Assembly (NCBI RefSeq): GCF_004010195.1
Contig: NC_057753.1
Span: 8,279,309-8,343,308, forward strand
From: Chiloscyllium plagiosum
Lineage: Eukaryota
DNA length: 64,000 nucleotides
Direction of reading: 5' to 3'
The notes beneath the pieces were generated by a model, which saw nothing but the letters and a program-made list of their open reading frames with translations, made no database searches and was not told where the DNA came from. The position numbers were made by a program, and so were the translations under genes. This document shows, in pieces, positions 50,827 to 62,945 of this stretch; the first letter of the stretch is position 1, and each line of letters begins with the position of its first letter.

Positions 50827-53060
50827 CCTGTTTCACTACTTTGCTCAGCATGAAATTGTCACTCGTGATTCTGTTAGTTTGTAAAGTACGGAGGTTGTGG
50901 TCATGAAAGAGTGGGTTGAAGAATCTCAGAGGTCGACAGCAAAGATAAAGGCCATTAGGCCCATGATGTCTGCACCAGTCAAAGGTGACCACCTCACAAT
51001 TTCAATCGCATTTAACAGTACTTAGCCTATAGCTTTGTATGTGTCTTAATATTGCAAGTGTGCAATTAAATACTTTGTTCATGTCAAATTAGTTCCTGTC
51101 TCTACTATCCTCACAAGCAGCAAGGATCAAACCGAGGAGTTTTGGAGGACAAAAAATTTCCCCTAAAACTTGTGTATGTACTGCTCTACTGACAGCAATG
51201 AATGATTTAGTAAGATCTACAAAAGTAAGCTAAGGAGGTAAATCCTGGGCCCTCCCTTCTCTTTGGTCTCGATTGGCTCAATAGCCTGCTTCCACACTGC
51301 CAGGATTCTATGATTCTATGATCAAATATGATACGTGTAAATAGACGAAAGTCAATTGGTAACAATATTTAAAAAACAACATGTACATCCAATCGGTAAG
51401 AGACAAATGCTCGACCAACCATAAACAAGTATATAAAACATAGTTCAAATCTAAACAAATATGATTTTGAGCTTTACAGACTCCCAGTATAGTTGATAAT
51501 CGGCCTATTTTTCGACATCTGCAATTGCATTAAAGCACTTTTTCAGTGGCCTGCAACTTCTTTGTCCTATGATGTTTACCTTCTTTGAATTTTGCCTTCC
51601 ATATTTCCGTGTATTGCCAGCAACCAAAAACTTCCATGCATATTATTTCTAATACTCTGATTATGTGAGTTCCATGCTTGATCATCAAATGGTGTGAAAT
51701 TCAAAGTTTTGGCTGGTGTCCTCAATGCCTCCTTTTGAAGTCACCCAGCGAAGAGTCAGATGATATCCAATGTGTTTCATCACATGCTCGTACTGGAACA
51801 CAATGTGAGTTTTCTTCGAGTTCTCTGTACTCTGATTTCCATTCTGACGTTGCCTCACGAGAGACTCACCATGCCACATCGCTTATATTTCTAATTTCAC
51901 CCCAAACCCCCACTTGTAGTATACTGTAAAAGTAAAAGTAGTTTTACGATCACTTATGAAAGTGCACCAGTGATTTCACTTATATTACCCAAGCTTGAAA
52001 CAAAAACATTTCTGAGGCAATAAGTGGCAAAGTGGGACACACTTAGGATCAATTTCATGGGGTGACGTATGTTCGTGAGTTCATTTGTTGGGATGCTTCC
52101 ATTTAAGGCAAAGGCTAGAACAAGGTTACACTATTTAAATCTCAGGCGTCTTCCATTTAAGATGGATATTAAAATAAACAAACAAAAAGAAGGCTCTGCA
52201 GTTACAATGCTGTTTTTTTCACACAAACTGCAGTAGATACTTGGTCAACAAATAGTTTATGTCAGAGTTGAGATGCACCGATTTTTTTGGGATCAGTGAC
52301 AAATTAAAAAAATATATGGCAGGGGAGGGGGTGATGGATGTTGGAGTTTAGAAACTGGAGTTAAGGCCCCATCATATCAGCAATGCTATGGCCAAATGAC
52401 AGAATAACCTCTCCCGTTCGAAATGCTGAATATCAGTCTTCTGCTTTTGTTCAGTTGTATGTTGCTGGGGGAAAAAAATCGAATGGTATATTCGTTTCAA
52501 ATAAGTTTCTACCACCTCAACTCCGCGAGTTTATTCATACAACTGAAAATCTGATAAGGTTTATGAGTTGTTTTTACAACCTTTTTTTGCAAAATTCTTT
52601 CTGGCCAACCATGCTAAGTTTATACATACACAAATAAATATGAAGAATTGCAGTATTTTAAAGACATTTGAAAAGGTAGGTAACAATGAAAGGCTTACAG
52701 TCATTTGGACCAAATACAAGGAAATGGAATAGTTCAATTTTGGCAGCCTGCGAGGCATGGACTGAGAGTCGGTTTATGTGCTGCATAACCCTGTGAGTTT
52801 GTGAGTCTATAATAGGCATTGAAAAGCACAACGGTTTAGCAGTACAGCTCCTTAGTTAGATTGAATGCCTGTGGACAGTAATTTGGCTCATAATCAGAAC
52901 TAGGACTGGCAGAAATTCAATAAACTGTCACATACAATGACTTGGAATTGTATATTTTTCGCCAAACAATCAAATATTGGCGAATAGATTCCATGCATGA
53001 TTTGGTGTAGAACGTTGTGCTAAAATAATGAACACCTTTCACTTAACGAAAAGTGGAAGC

Positions 53061-53917
53061 TGTTATGACACGGGGTAAACCCTACTGCTTAATTTACCCC
53101 AGCAACACAGAAAAGAGTTGTCCCTTGCAGCAATCTGTTGAAATTTGAGACGCCAAGAACTAGTTAAAGGAAAAATTGACAACTGTATTTCTTGAAGAAT
53201 AACAGAAAATAATCAACGAACAACTAGTTACAATTCCTTCCTTTAACCTATCTTTTATCTTCCATTCTATAATACGAATCAGAGAAACCCCCGATTAAGA
53301 TTTACTAAACATTCAAGTTTTCAAAACCAGCCAGCTGTCAAATCTTATATTTGGATCTTCCTGTGTCTTTTTTCCTTCTTCTTAGGGATTATGCTTCACA
53401 GGTCACGGATCGGTGAAGGTACCTTTTGGAGCGCTATTTTTCGGGCAGTAATTTCCCTGACCCCAGCTATAACTCTTGCCCTGTAGTACACACTTATCCC
53501 TCTCCATCACGAGAGTAAAAACCACAGGATCACAGGTCACGGATCGGTGAAGGTACCTTTTGGAGCGCTATTTTTCGGGCAGTCCTTACATGCTGGTGGC
53601 GTGGCAATTCTGCTCCCAACTGTTCAAATTTTCCTGGTCTTATATCCCCAAAGATTCGGATTATGTCATTGGCTTTTCAGATTGTCACTGTACTAAATAC
53701 AAACTTGACTGAAATTTGGTATTTCTCGAGGTATAATTTAAACTGTTTGGCCTCATTCGAATCTGTTTTTGTCTCCAGGCAACCATCTACCCTCACTACC
53801 CCCGTAGCTGGACCATATGTTAGATTGTACCTTGTACCAAGAACACGTGATGCTGTCAGGTAGTTCTGCTAACTGTTAACTCTCTTGAAGGTGCAATACA
53901 CACACATCTTCATAACA
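53061..53917. mobile_element. Solo LTR (Gypsy-type)
   Basis: Termini TGTTATGA...TCATAACA (8-bp inverted); 4-bp TSD AAGC at 53057-53060 and 53918-53921. Confidence 0.85.
53396..53583 (+). repeat. Perfect 54-bp direct repeat separated by 80 bp
   Basis: TCACAGGTCACGGATCGGTGAAGGTACCTTTTGGAGCGCTATTTTTCGGGCAGT at 53396-53449 and 53530-53583. Confidence 0.95.
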
Positions 53918-54037
53918 AAGCAACGAATCTTGCATGCATAATGCGGCAGCAGCGCTCTTTCTATACCAGTGTTTAGCCAGAGAATGTTTGAACGTAAGAC
54001 ATACATGATAGTGACTACACAGCAATATGAGTTGACG

Positions 54038-54196
54038 TCCAAAGATGTGCAGGTCAGATGAATTGTCCATGTTAAATTGCCCATAGTGTTAGGTGCAATA
54101 GTCAAGATGAGAATGGGTCTGGGTGGGTTACTCTTCAGAGGGTCGGTGTGGACTTGTTGGGCCAAAGGGTCTGTTTCCACACTGTCGGAAGTCTAG
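54038..54196 (+). mobile_element. 5'-truncated HE1-type SINE
   Basis: TCCAAAGATGTGCAGGTCAG..TAAATTGCCC..GGACTTGTTGGGCC..CTGTTTCCACACTG matches the copy at 47441-47744. Confidence 0.8.
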
Positions 54197-54524
54197 AAAA
54201 ATATAGTGAATGGGACTATTAGAGGATATAGCAGAATATAGATAGATTGGAGAGTTGGCAGAGAAATAGCAGATGGATTCCAGTCCAGGCAAATGCGAGG
54301 TGATGCATTTTAGAAGATCCAATTCATGAGCGAACTGTACAGTAAATGAAAAAGCCCTGGGGGAATATTGATGTACAGAGATAGCTGAGTGATCAGGTCC
54401 ATTCTTCCCTGAAAGTGGCAACGTAGGCCAATAGAGTGGTCAAGAAGACATTCGACATGCTTTCCTTCAGTGCACGTGGTATCGATTGCAAGAATTGGCG
54501 GGTCATGTTACAGTTGTATAATAG

Positions 54525-54738
54525 GAGAAAGTGAGGTCTGCAGATGCTGGAGATCAGAGCTGGAAATGTGTTGCTGGAAAAGCGCAGCAGGTCAGGCAGC
54601 ACCCAGGGAACAGGAGAATCGACGTTTCGGACATAAGCCCTTCTTCCTGAAGAAGGGCTTATGCCCGAAACGTCGATTCTCCTGTTCCCTAGATGCTGCC
54701 TGACCTGCTGCGCTTTTCCAGCAACACATTTTCAGCTC
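54525..54738. mobile_element. Penelope-derived fold-back mini-element with 16-bp TSD
   Basis: ~90-bp arms (54556-54645 and 54650-54739) are near-perfect reverse complements; TSD TACAGTTGTATAATAG at 54509-54524 and 54739-54754. Confidence 0.88.
54644..54679 (+). ncRNA. Minimal hammerhead ribozyme core at the fold-back apex
   Basis: UC-CUGAAGA-A-GGGC UUAU GCCC-GAAA-CG-UC-GA. Confidence 0.65.
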
Positions 54739-55924
54739 TACAGTTGTATAATAGTTTGGTTCAGCCACATTTGGAATACTGAGTACAGTTCTGGTCGCCA
54801 TGTTACCAAAAGGATGTGAATGCATTGGAGAGGGTGCAGAGTAGTTTCACTCGGATTTTGCCTGACATGGAGGGCGCTAGTTATGAAGAGAGGCTGAGGA
54901 GATTAGGATTACGTTCATTAGAAAGATGGAGGGTGACGAGGGTCCTGCTTGAGGTCTACGAAATCATGAGAGGCATAGAGAGGGTGGATAGCAAGAAGCT
55001 TTTTCCCAGAGTGGCGGACTCAGTACTAGGGTTCCCGAGTTCATAGAACATAGAACATAAAACATTACAGCGCAGCATCGGCCCTTCGGCCCTTGATGTT
55101 GCACCGACCTGTCTTACCAATCTGAAGCCCACCTAACCTGCACTATTCCATGTACTTTCAAAGTGAAAGGGGAAAGGTCTAAGGGAGAAATGCCCGGAAA
55201 GTTCTTCACGCAAAGGGCACTGGGTATTGTAACACATTGCCAGCAGAGGTGGTAGGGGAGGGCACAATAGCGTCATTTAAGATATATCTAGACAGATAAT
55301 GAATAGGTAGGGAGCAACGGGGTACAGACCATAAGGAACTAGGTGACAGGTTTAGAGAGAAAATCAGGGTCAGCACAGGCTTAGACTGTCGAACGGCCTG
55401 TTCCTGTGCCGTAATTTTCTTTGTTCGTTGTTCTCTGTATGTCCCTGTGCTTCTTAACTTCAGGCTGATGATATAACTCTGAACAAATAAATTACACAGG
55501 AGATGTCAGAGTTGTAACTCGTGATGTGAGAACATCACACATAGTGTCAAGAGGCTACAGACAACCATGTATGCTTTGTGAATGAATCCGGAGTATATGA
55601 GTACAAACCACATCCTCAGTTGATGCGCGAAGGGAAAAAGCGCTCAACACATGATGGAAGTTTGTGTATATCAAAAAAAAATCCCATGCTGAATGGCTGT
55701 TCAGTGCTAATGGTAAAACTATGCAGCCTCAAGGCAGATTGAAACTCACTGGTTCTGACAATAGATTAACGATGTGAATGACTTGCAACACCATTTTGAG
55801 TGTTAATACCTTTTAGTATATTTATACTTTTCATATGGTTTTGTAAATGCATGGAATTTTGAACGGAGGTCAGACATAAGATAATCAAATTAAATCATGC
55901 AGAATTCATTCTGCATTTTTCTTT

Positions 55925-56835
55925 TCAAAATTTAAAACACTTAACGAAACTTCGTACTGGATAATTCAATCCATTTTTAAATTCCTCTCTGATTTTACTT
56001 TGTGTCACAGCATAAATAAATGGATTGATACAGGAACTCAATAACTGAAGCATATACCCACTTTCCTGAAGGAAAGATAAGGAATCAGTAATAATGGAGC
56101 CTGAAGAGTAACTGATACTCCTGATTCGGACATAGAAAGTCGTCACAAAATATAACAAATATGAAAGAATGAAACTTCCTGAGATGGCGAAGAGTAAGAC
56201 AATAGATCTGCGCCGCTTCTCTGTCTCTGGGTCACTCTGTTTCTCTCCATTGCTCTGCGCTCGGAATCTCTTGCGGGTTCGATTGGCTGCTAGAATGTGC
56301 CTGACAGTTAGAGCATTGAGCAGTAAAATGAGAATGAAGGGTAGACAAGGAGTTAAAATGGATCGTAAGTAGTCGAATGCAATCCATTCAGGTGATACAT
56401 AAAACATTAATTTTGGTTTGCAAAACCAGGGTACACCATTCAGCGTGTACAAAGGTTCAAATAGAATATACCAGAAGGCATTTTTTAGACAGCTCAGTGC
56501 ACAAACAGTTCCGATAACGCAGCCTGCTGTCTTCCCTGTACAGTATTTGATTTTCAGCTTCTGACAACAAATTGCCACAAAACGATCAAATGTAAAAGCG
56601 ACTGTTAACCAAGCTGAACTATCTACAGCTTCATAAATTAATGCAATACGAAGACTGCATACTGGTGTGATGGACAGAAAGCTCAATGGGAAAAACATAC
56701 CGCCAATGCGGTTTAACATCACGGCCGTAATGATGACCCGGAGATCAGCCACTGCCATGAATACGAGATAGTACGTAATACCTTTGGACAGCCCGCATGT
56801 TCTTCGAGACAGTATCACAATCACTATCAAGTTAG
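55925..56835 (-). CDS. GPR139/GPR142-like class A GPCR, gene C, exon 2 (spliced product 326 aa)
   Basis: Acceptor ctcctattctcgattacAG|CT at 56836-56837; ANLIVIVIL..FTFDRFVAIC..PWFC..INPFIY..TGA. Confidence 0.92.
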
Positions 56836-57444
56836 CTGTAATCGAGAATAGGAGTGGGACAAATAGAATTAATGCCTTATTGGATTAAGAATGAAACATT
56901 TAGTTTAACCACCCATGAAAACATGTCACTGTGTTTTGTATCGAATAAATAACTTCATAACTGTGACCTGGATTTATAACTATCTTTTGAATGAGCAAAT
57001 AAAAATAGTTTTCTGCATGAAATAATCAGCTAACTTAAAGACAATCTGCGTAGTGATGCAGGAATTGTCAAAAAATAGTCAAATAAAATGGAAACACGAA
57101 AACATTTCAAAGAAAAAAAACGTCAAAACCATGGGGGAATAGGTGTAATAGATTGCATAATGGCAAAAAAGTGATTAATAAGCAAATTAAGTGTCAATGC
57201 AAAGAACAAAAATGACAATCAGTCAAGGAATATTGATTTTTCTGTGGTTCACAAAATAGCGTCATTCAGCAATTATGATGAAATCGGTCATCCTTACAAA
57301 TACCTGTGCTCAGCAGTTCACGTCTCACAGCTGAGGCAACGAGTTTTAATTTCAAATGCCCACTATATGACTAAAAATCTGACAACGCATCATAGTTTTG
57401 AATGTCAAATAATAAGCGGGCATTTCTTCAAATGAGATCTCATG

Positions 57445-58023
57445 TCACAAAGCTGGTTTCTTTTTATTTAACAGCTGTTCCTTTTCTCACGGTTACTATG
57501 TCCGCGTTTTTTTTCAAAGGGATAATAATTCGCTCTTGGTTCGTATAGTCTGGTTTGGTACAGAGATTAAAGGGTGTTGAGAGGCCTTTTTGTTTACATG
57601 TAAACAGATGAGACTTCAGGCCAAAGTAGTAATGCTTTAAAAGTGACCTATATTTAAAAAAGGGACTGGTCAGCTCTCTCGCTGAGCAGTTCAGTCTAGA
57701 ACTAGTTGCGAGCAGGCGTGCTCTCTCTTTCTGCCCTTCTAAGTTCAACCTGTAAGCGACTGTTCCATTTTTTTAGTTTTTTTTTAAAGGAGGTTTGCTT
57801 ATTGGGACTGTTGTGCGTATTCGGAACAGTATAATTAAGTCTAGGTTCCTTATTCTGTTATTTGTGCTTCATTGTGTAATTTTGTGAATAAAATTCGGTT
57901 TGTTTTGAAACGTAGAAGTCAACCTAGCTAAATTATCCGGGGTAATTTTCACAATAAACTTACCAAAACAAATTCCAAAGTTATGGTCTAGGCTGCCAGC
58001 TTAAGAATGTTTTGACTGGTCTG
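57445..58023 (+). mobile_element. Probable LTR remnant in the gene C intron
   Basis: TATATTTAAAAAGGG promoter-like tract and downstream AATAAA in LTR-like order; termini and TSD not resolved. Confidence 0.4.
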
Positions 58024-58145
58024 GGAGAAAGTGAGGACTGCAGATGCTGGAGATCAGAGCTTAAAAATGTGTTGCTGGAAAAAGCGCAGCAGGTCAGGCA
58101 GCATCCAAGGAGAAGGAGAATCGACGTTTCGGGCATAAGCCCTTC
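58024..58145 (-). mobile_element. Single Penelope pLTR arm, same family as the 54525 fold-back
   Basis: GGAGAAAGTGAGGACTGCAGATGCTGGAGATCAGAG..GACGTTTCGGGCATAAGCCCTTC, near-identical to 54524-54643. Confidence 0.85.
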
Positions 58146-59074
58146 CAACAGTTATCATCTTCCAGTTACAGTCATTCAGATAAGACATGACTAATGCCAG
58201 ATGAATATCACGTGACGAGGTTACATTCTTTGCTCAATACTAACTAATGATTCATGTTTTCTCAGCTTGCAGTGAAAATGTTAGTACGTAGCAAAAAAAA
58301 ACCCAGTCACGTGATAGTCACCTGGCATGGTTCATGCCGACCTGAACATCTGTAAATGGGTGATGATCAGATCTCATCAGGAGAAATGTTACTTATCAAT
58401 GGGCATTCTTAAAACTGTACTGTGCTGTTGTCAGATTTTTACTCATGTCGTGGGCATTTGAAATCATTGCTTGAGCTATGAGACAGTTTAGCTTTATTCA
58501 TTCAGCAGAAAATAATGAAAATGAGGATAGTTGTAATATTGGCAGGAGAAAAGGACGGGGAATAATTCGTGTATTTCAGTACATGGAAGTGAAAAGCAGC
58601 CAATTGAGAGAAGAAAGTGAAATAACAGTCTACTTTAAGAAGCAAGGACCTGACAGCGGTTTGCAGAATTGAATAATTTAGCTCAAGTAAAAGTTAAACT
58701 TTCTAGAAACAGCAATTCTTGCAATTCTTATACGTTCTTCCAAAGTTGCAGCACCTTTAATATCCATTCAACAATTTCATTCATAAATTCATGATTTATA
58801 CAGAAATTTAATTCTCGTCTTAAATGTATAATTTGTGTGAATCACTATGAATGTTCTAATAATATATCCATCGTTTCAAATATTTAAGCAGCAGTGCAAA
58901 TAACATAACAGATTCGTATTTACCTTGGTCACATTTGTAATAAAGCATCAGTTGTAACATTACCAATGCAACAGTAGGCACAGTTCAATAAAGGAATAGT
59001 AGGTATCATGATACTAAAGTTTCAAAAGCGACAATAACGTCGGTGATAGATATGTGACAGACGTCAGAATAGCT

Positions 59075-59265
59075 TCTTTACTTAGAGATTAGGAGGGGTG
59101 TGGAGTGCACTGCCAACTTCAAGGGCATTTAAATGATCATTGGATAAACATACGGATTAAAATGGAATAGTGTAAGATAGATAGGCTTCATATTGGTTCA
59201 TTGGTCGGCACAACGTCGAGGCCCGAAGGGCGTATAGTGCGCTGTACTGTTCTATGTTCTATAAC
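59075..59265 (+). mobile_element. CR1 3' stub
   Basis: 3' UTR and TTCTATGTTCTAT tail. Confidence 0.75.
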
Positions 59266-59964
59266 AATATGATTCTATATGATAACTGAGTGATTATTCA
59301 CAGATGGCAATTGTGGCATTAACACTGTGGACATAAACTTATACCATGGCATTTTTGCATTAACGCATCGGTAATAATAGTTTGGACAATAAAATAAAAT
59401 ATCATTTACACTGTGAAAACAATTTCAGAGTCACACAAAAATCCAGTTCAAGCATGAAAACTCACATTATCAATGAGAGTTAGCAGCATTGAATGGAAGG
59501 AATTCGATTTCTGAATGGTGAGAATTGTTCTACTCATACGTTCATAGCACACAAATAAAAATAATGTGAACAGATTAACCCGCGTTCATGTCCCACCTGC
59601 TCCACATCTGTGTAATAGAATGTCTGGACAGGTTGATAAGAAAAACAAAAATGACTAAACTGAGGACCCGGAGCAGCGAAGCTATTACGGTGGACTGTTT
59701 TATATATGCTACTGATAAATCATGAAGATGAATTATATCTTTAAAATATAGAGTTGATATACTTCGTAAGATTTAAAGCGAATCTAATGTGAAGAACAAC
59801 ACCTACCAATTAAGAAGAAGCAATTCTGGATGCATCAGCTAAATATTTTATTTTAGACAGGAGAATAAATACCAGTATCACAGATTCACAGCTGGTGTAT
59901 TCGGAGAATTAATATTACCAATCAACAACTCATGCAACTCCAGCTCCGCACATTTTACTTGTAC

Positions 59965-60034
59965 CTGAAAATCCGATAATTGCAAGAACAGGGTAATAGA
60001 TGGAAAACAGGAGACCTTGTGGTGACACATGCAT
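59965..60034 (-). CDS. GPR139-like gene C, exon 1 (MHVSPQGLLFSIYYPVLAIIGFS)
   Basis: ATG at 60034; 70 bp; donor TCAG|GTACAA at 59964; phase 1; clear homology to exon 1 of A and B. Confidence 0.88.
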
Positions 60035-60083
60035 TCCTGCAGAAGATACGAAAGTTTGCAAAATGACTGTTAGCATTGTTGCA

Positions 60084-60118
60084 TTTATTTATTCTTTCAT
60101 GCTCCAGTGATATAATTG
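60084..60118 (-). promoter_or_regulatory. Putative core promoter of gene C: CAATTA + TCACTGGAG (O/E-like) + AATAAATAAA
   Basis: TCACTGGAG at 60110-60102, 68-76 bp upstream of the ATG, two bases from a TAATTG homeodomain-type site. Confidence 0.35.
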
Positions 60119-61529
60119 GAATCCTTGATCTTTTTTCGTTGTTTTTGTTTGCATAACAGAGATATGCAGATTCTGTCACATTTCCGTATATCTTACGTGA
60201 GAAAGTTTTGTTTCTTGTGGGATTTGAATGGGCTCTAGAGTAAAGTACTCTGACACAACTGAATGATGGAAGCTACATTTCATTATAAAGATAAAGCATG
60301 GAATTATAAATGGAAGAATCGAAGCAGCGGGTTTTCCAGAGGGAGAAACAGAAATTTCTCTGTGCCCCGATCAGTAGCATGAATCCACATCTCTGACTAT
60401 TGTGTGGTTCACTTGGGAGCAGTTTAGTGAGACAGAACAGGGAAGCCAAATCCATAAAGTATTTATTTCCCAGTATCCATAAAGTATATATGCTACCAGC
60501 TGAACACAAGGGTCTTTTCACTAGTCCGTAGCTAATGAGAGCCTAACCTTTGATGTTATCTTTATTACGCATAACAAACAAAATACAATCTTTTGTCGCA
60601 TGCACATATGTTGAATAAGTTGGATATTATTTTCAAACAGTTCAACATAAGTCTAAGCATTTAGTGACATATAAAGTAACTCATTTTATGCATTACATAT
60701 AAATCTGTATAATTTTTAATTTGGAAATTTCCAATTTGAGATTTTCAATTGATATTTATGTAACGTCATAGAATGTCATGATCCATTAAATATTAATGTT
60801 CATAATTAACTAAAGATTCCACGCAATGCTGTAAACCGCCTAATATTCTTGAATTCACTATGGTGCCAAGTGTCTACTGCAATTACACGCATGACGATTC
60901 TAACAGTTGGTCAGTCACGTGGATTCAGGTTCCTTGTCGCCACACGAATTTGCTGGGAGGAAAACAGGTGGTTGACAAAGATAACTTCAGGAGAAATGCT
61001 TTATTTTCATTCCCTGTAAAGGCATTGGTGCACCATACGAGTGGGAATCTCCCTTTTATGTATTTCAGTGCACGAGAACTGTGTCAGTGATAACACTCAG
61101 CATGCAACGCTTCTCCGAACGAATGTTCATTTCTTAGGTTCTGTACCTGTATAAGAAAGTTAACAATGGCAGATCTTTAGAAAACGAAGTTAGGCAAATT
61201 TGACGCTTGTGATTTTTTTTTCAAGGTTTTTCTTTCCAGATGTGTAAAAGATTGAATAATTGAAACATTGCATGACTCATAACCGAGGTTGAAACAAACT
61301 TGCAGTTTTCCAAGATTTTAATAGCTGCATTTTTGTTTCAAATTGCCGTTAAATTTGTTAATAATTGCATACGTTTTAGTGCTATCTAATATCACAATTG
61401 GTAACGTTCCTGTCAGTGTGATTTAAACAGCAATTCGCAATATTTCAGAGACTGCACATCCAAATAATCAGAAATGCCTGCGTATTCATTTGGGAGCCAA
61501 CTAAATGCCCCAATTCCTTTTAGGGTCCA

Positions 61530-62945
61530 TGTGCCCAGTTCTTCATGATTCCATTCAGTGTTAACGTCTCCATAATAAAGCAAGGATGCAAAGATAAACC
61601 TAGGAAGGAGAATCCAGAAAGCCTAACATCTCTGGGAGGTAAGTTACTTGAGAAGATTCTGACAGAGAAGATACACATGCATTTGGAAAGACAGGGTTTG
61701 AATAAGATTAACCAGCATGGCTTTGTGCAGGGGAGATCTTAGCTCACAAATTTGTTAGAGTTCTTTAATGAAGTTACCAGGAAGCTTAACGAGGGAAAAG
61801 TGATGATGCAGTCTTCATGGACTTCAGTAAGGCTTTTGACAAGGTTTCACATTGTAGGTTGCTCAAGAAAGTTAGATCGCATGGAATCCAGGGGAGCTGG
61901 CACGAGGCAGAGGGTAGTAATGGAAGGATACTTGTCGGACTGGAGGCCTGCAATTAATGGAGTGCCTCAGGGTTCGGTGTTGGGCCCATTGCTGTTTTTT
62001 ACCTATATCAGTGATTTGGATGAGAGTGTCCGAGACATGATTGGTAAATTTGTAGATAACATTAAAATAGGTGGTATCATGGCCAGTGAGGAATGTTGTC
62101 AGAAATTGCAGCAGGACCTTGATCCGCTGGTGATGTGGACCGAGAAATGATAAATGGAATGTAACATACATCAGTCTAAGGCCTTCCATTTTGGAAAGTC
62201 AAATCAATGTAGAAGTTCCATGGTGAATGGTCGCGCCTTAAGGAGTGCATGCAACACAGGGACCTTGGAGTTCTGGGTCACGGTTCTCTGAAAGTAAAGT
62301 CACAGGTAGAAAGGGCAGTGAAGAAGGTTTTTGGCATACTGGCCTTCATCGGGGCATTGATTATTGAGATTAGGAAGCTGTGTTACAGGTATATAGGACG
62401 TTTGTGAGACGGCATTTGGAGTATTGTGCTCAGTTTTGGTCAGCTTGCAAAGAATGCAGAAGGAATTTACAAGGATGTTGTCTGGACTCAAGGATCTGGG
62501 TTCTAGGGAGAGTTTAGACAAGCGAGGACATTTTACTTTAGAGCATAGGAGATTGAGGGCAGATCCCATAGCAGTGTATAAGATCATGTAAGGCATGAAT
62601 AGGGTCAAAGCATTTAGTCGTTTTTTGCCCACAGTTGGGGAATCGAGGACTAGAGCGCCTCAATTTAAGGTTAGTGGGGAAAGAATAAAAGGGAACGTGT
62701 GGGTCAACGTTTTTATACAGAGGATGGTATGTATATGAAATGACCTGCTAGCAGAAGTGGTTGAGTCTGATACATTAACACCATATTAGGCATTTGAACA
62801 ACTACAAAGATAGAAAAGATTTAGAAGCACATGGACCAAGTGCAGATAAGTGGGGTTACCGTGAATGGACATTTTGGGTTAGCATGGGCCAGTTTTGGCA
62901 AAAGGGGCTGTCTCCGTGTTGTAGAACTCTATGACTCTGTGACTC
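61530..62945 (+). mobile_element. 5'-truncated old CR1 LINE
   Basis: QHGFVQGRS, GVPQGSVLGPLLF, LQQDLD; (ATGACTCT)-type tail. Confidence 0.85.

Larger units (their letters stand above)
54205..55435 (+). mobile_element. 5'-truncated CR1, carrying the fold-back element and a minus CR1 3' stub (~55045-55155)
   Basis: KCEVMHF, HLEY, ALERVQ..SYEERLRRLGL motifs; 3' UTR at ~55380-55430. Confidence 0.85.

Noticed and set aside
51685..51879. Minus ORF with RQRQNGNQSTENSKK resembling the receptor ICL3
   Set aside because: No flanking TM5/TM6 similarity; likely chance
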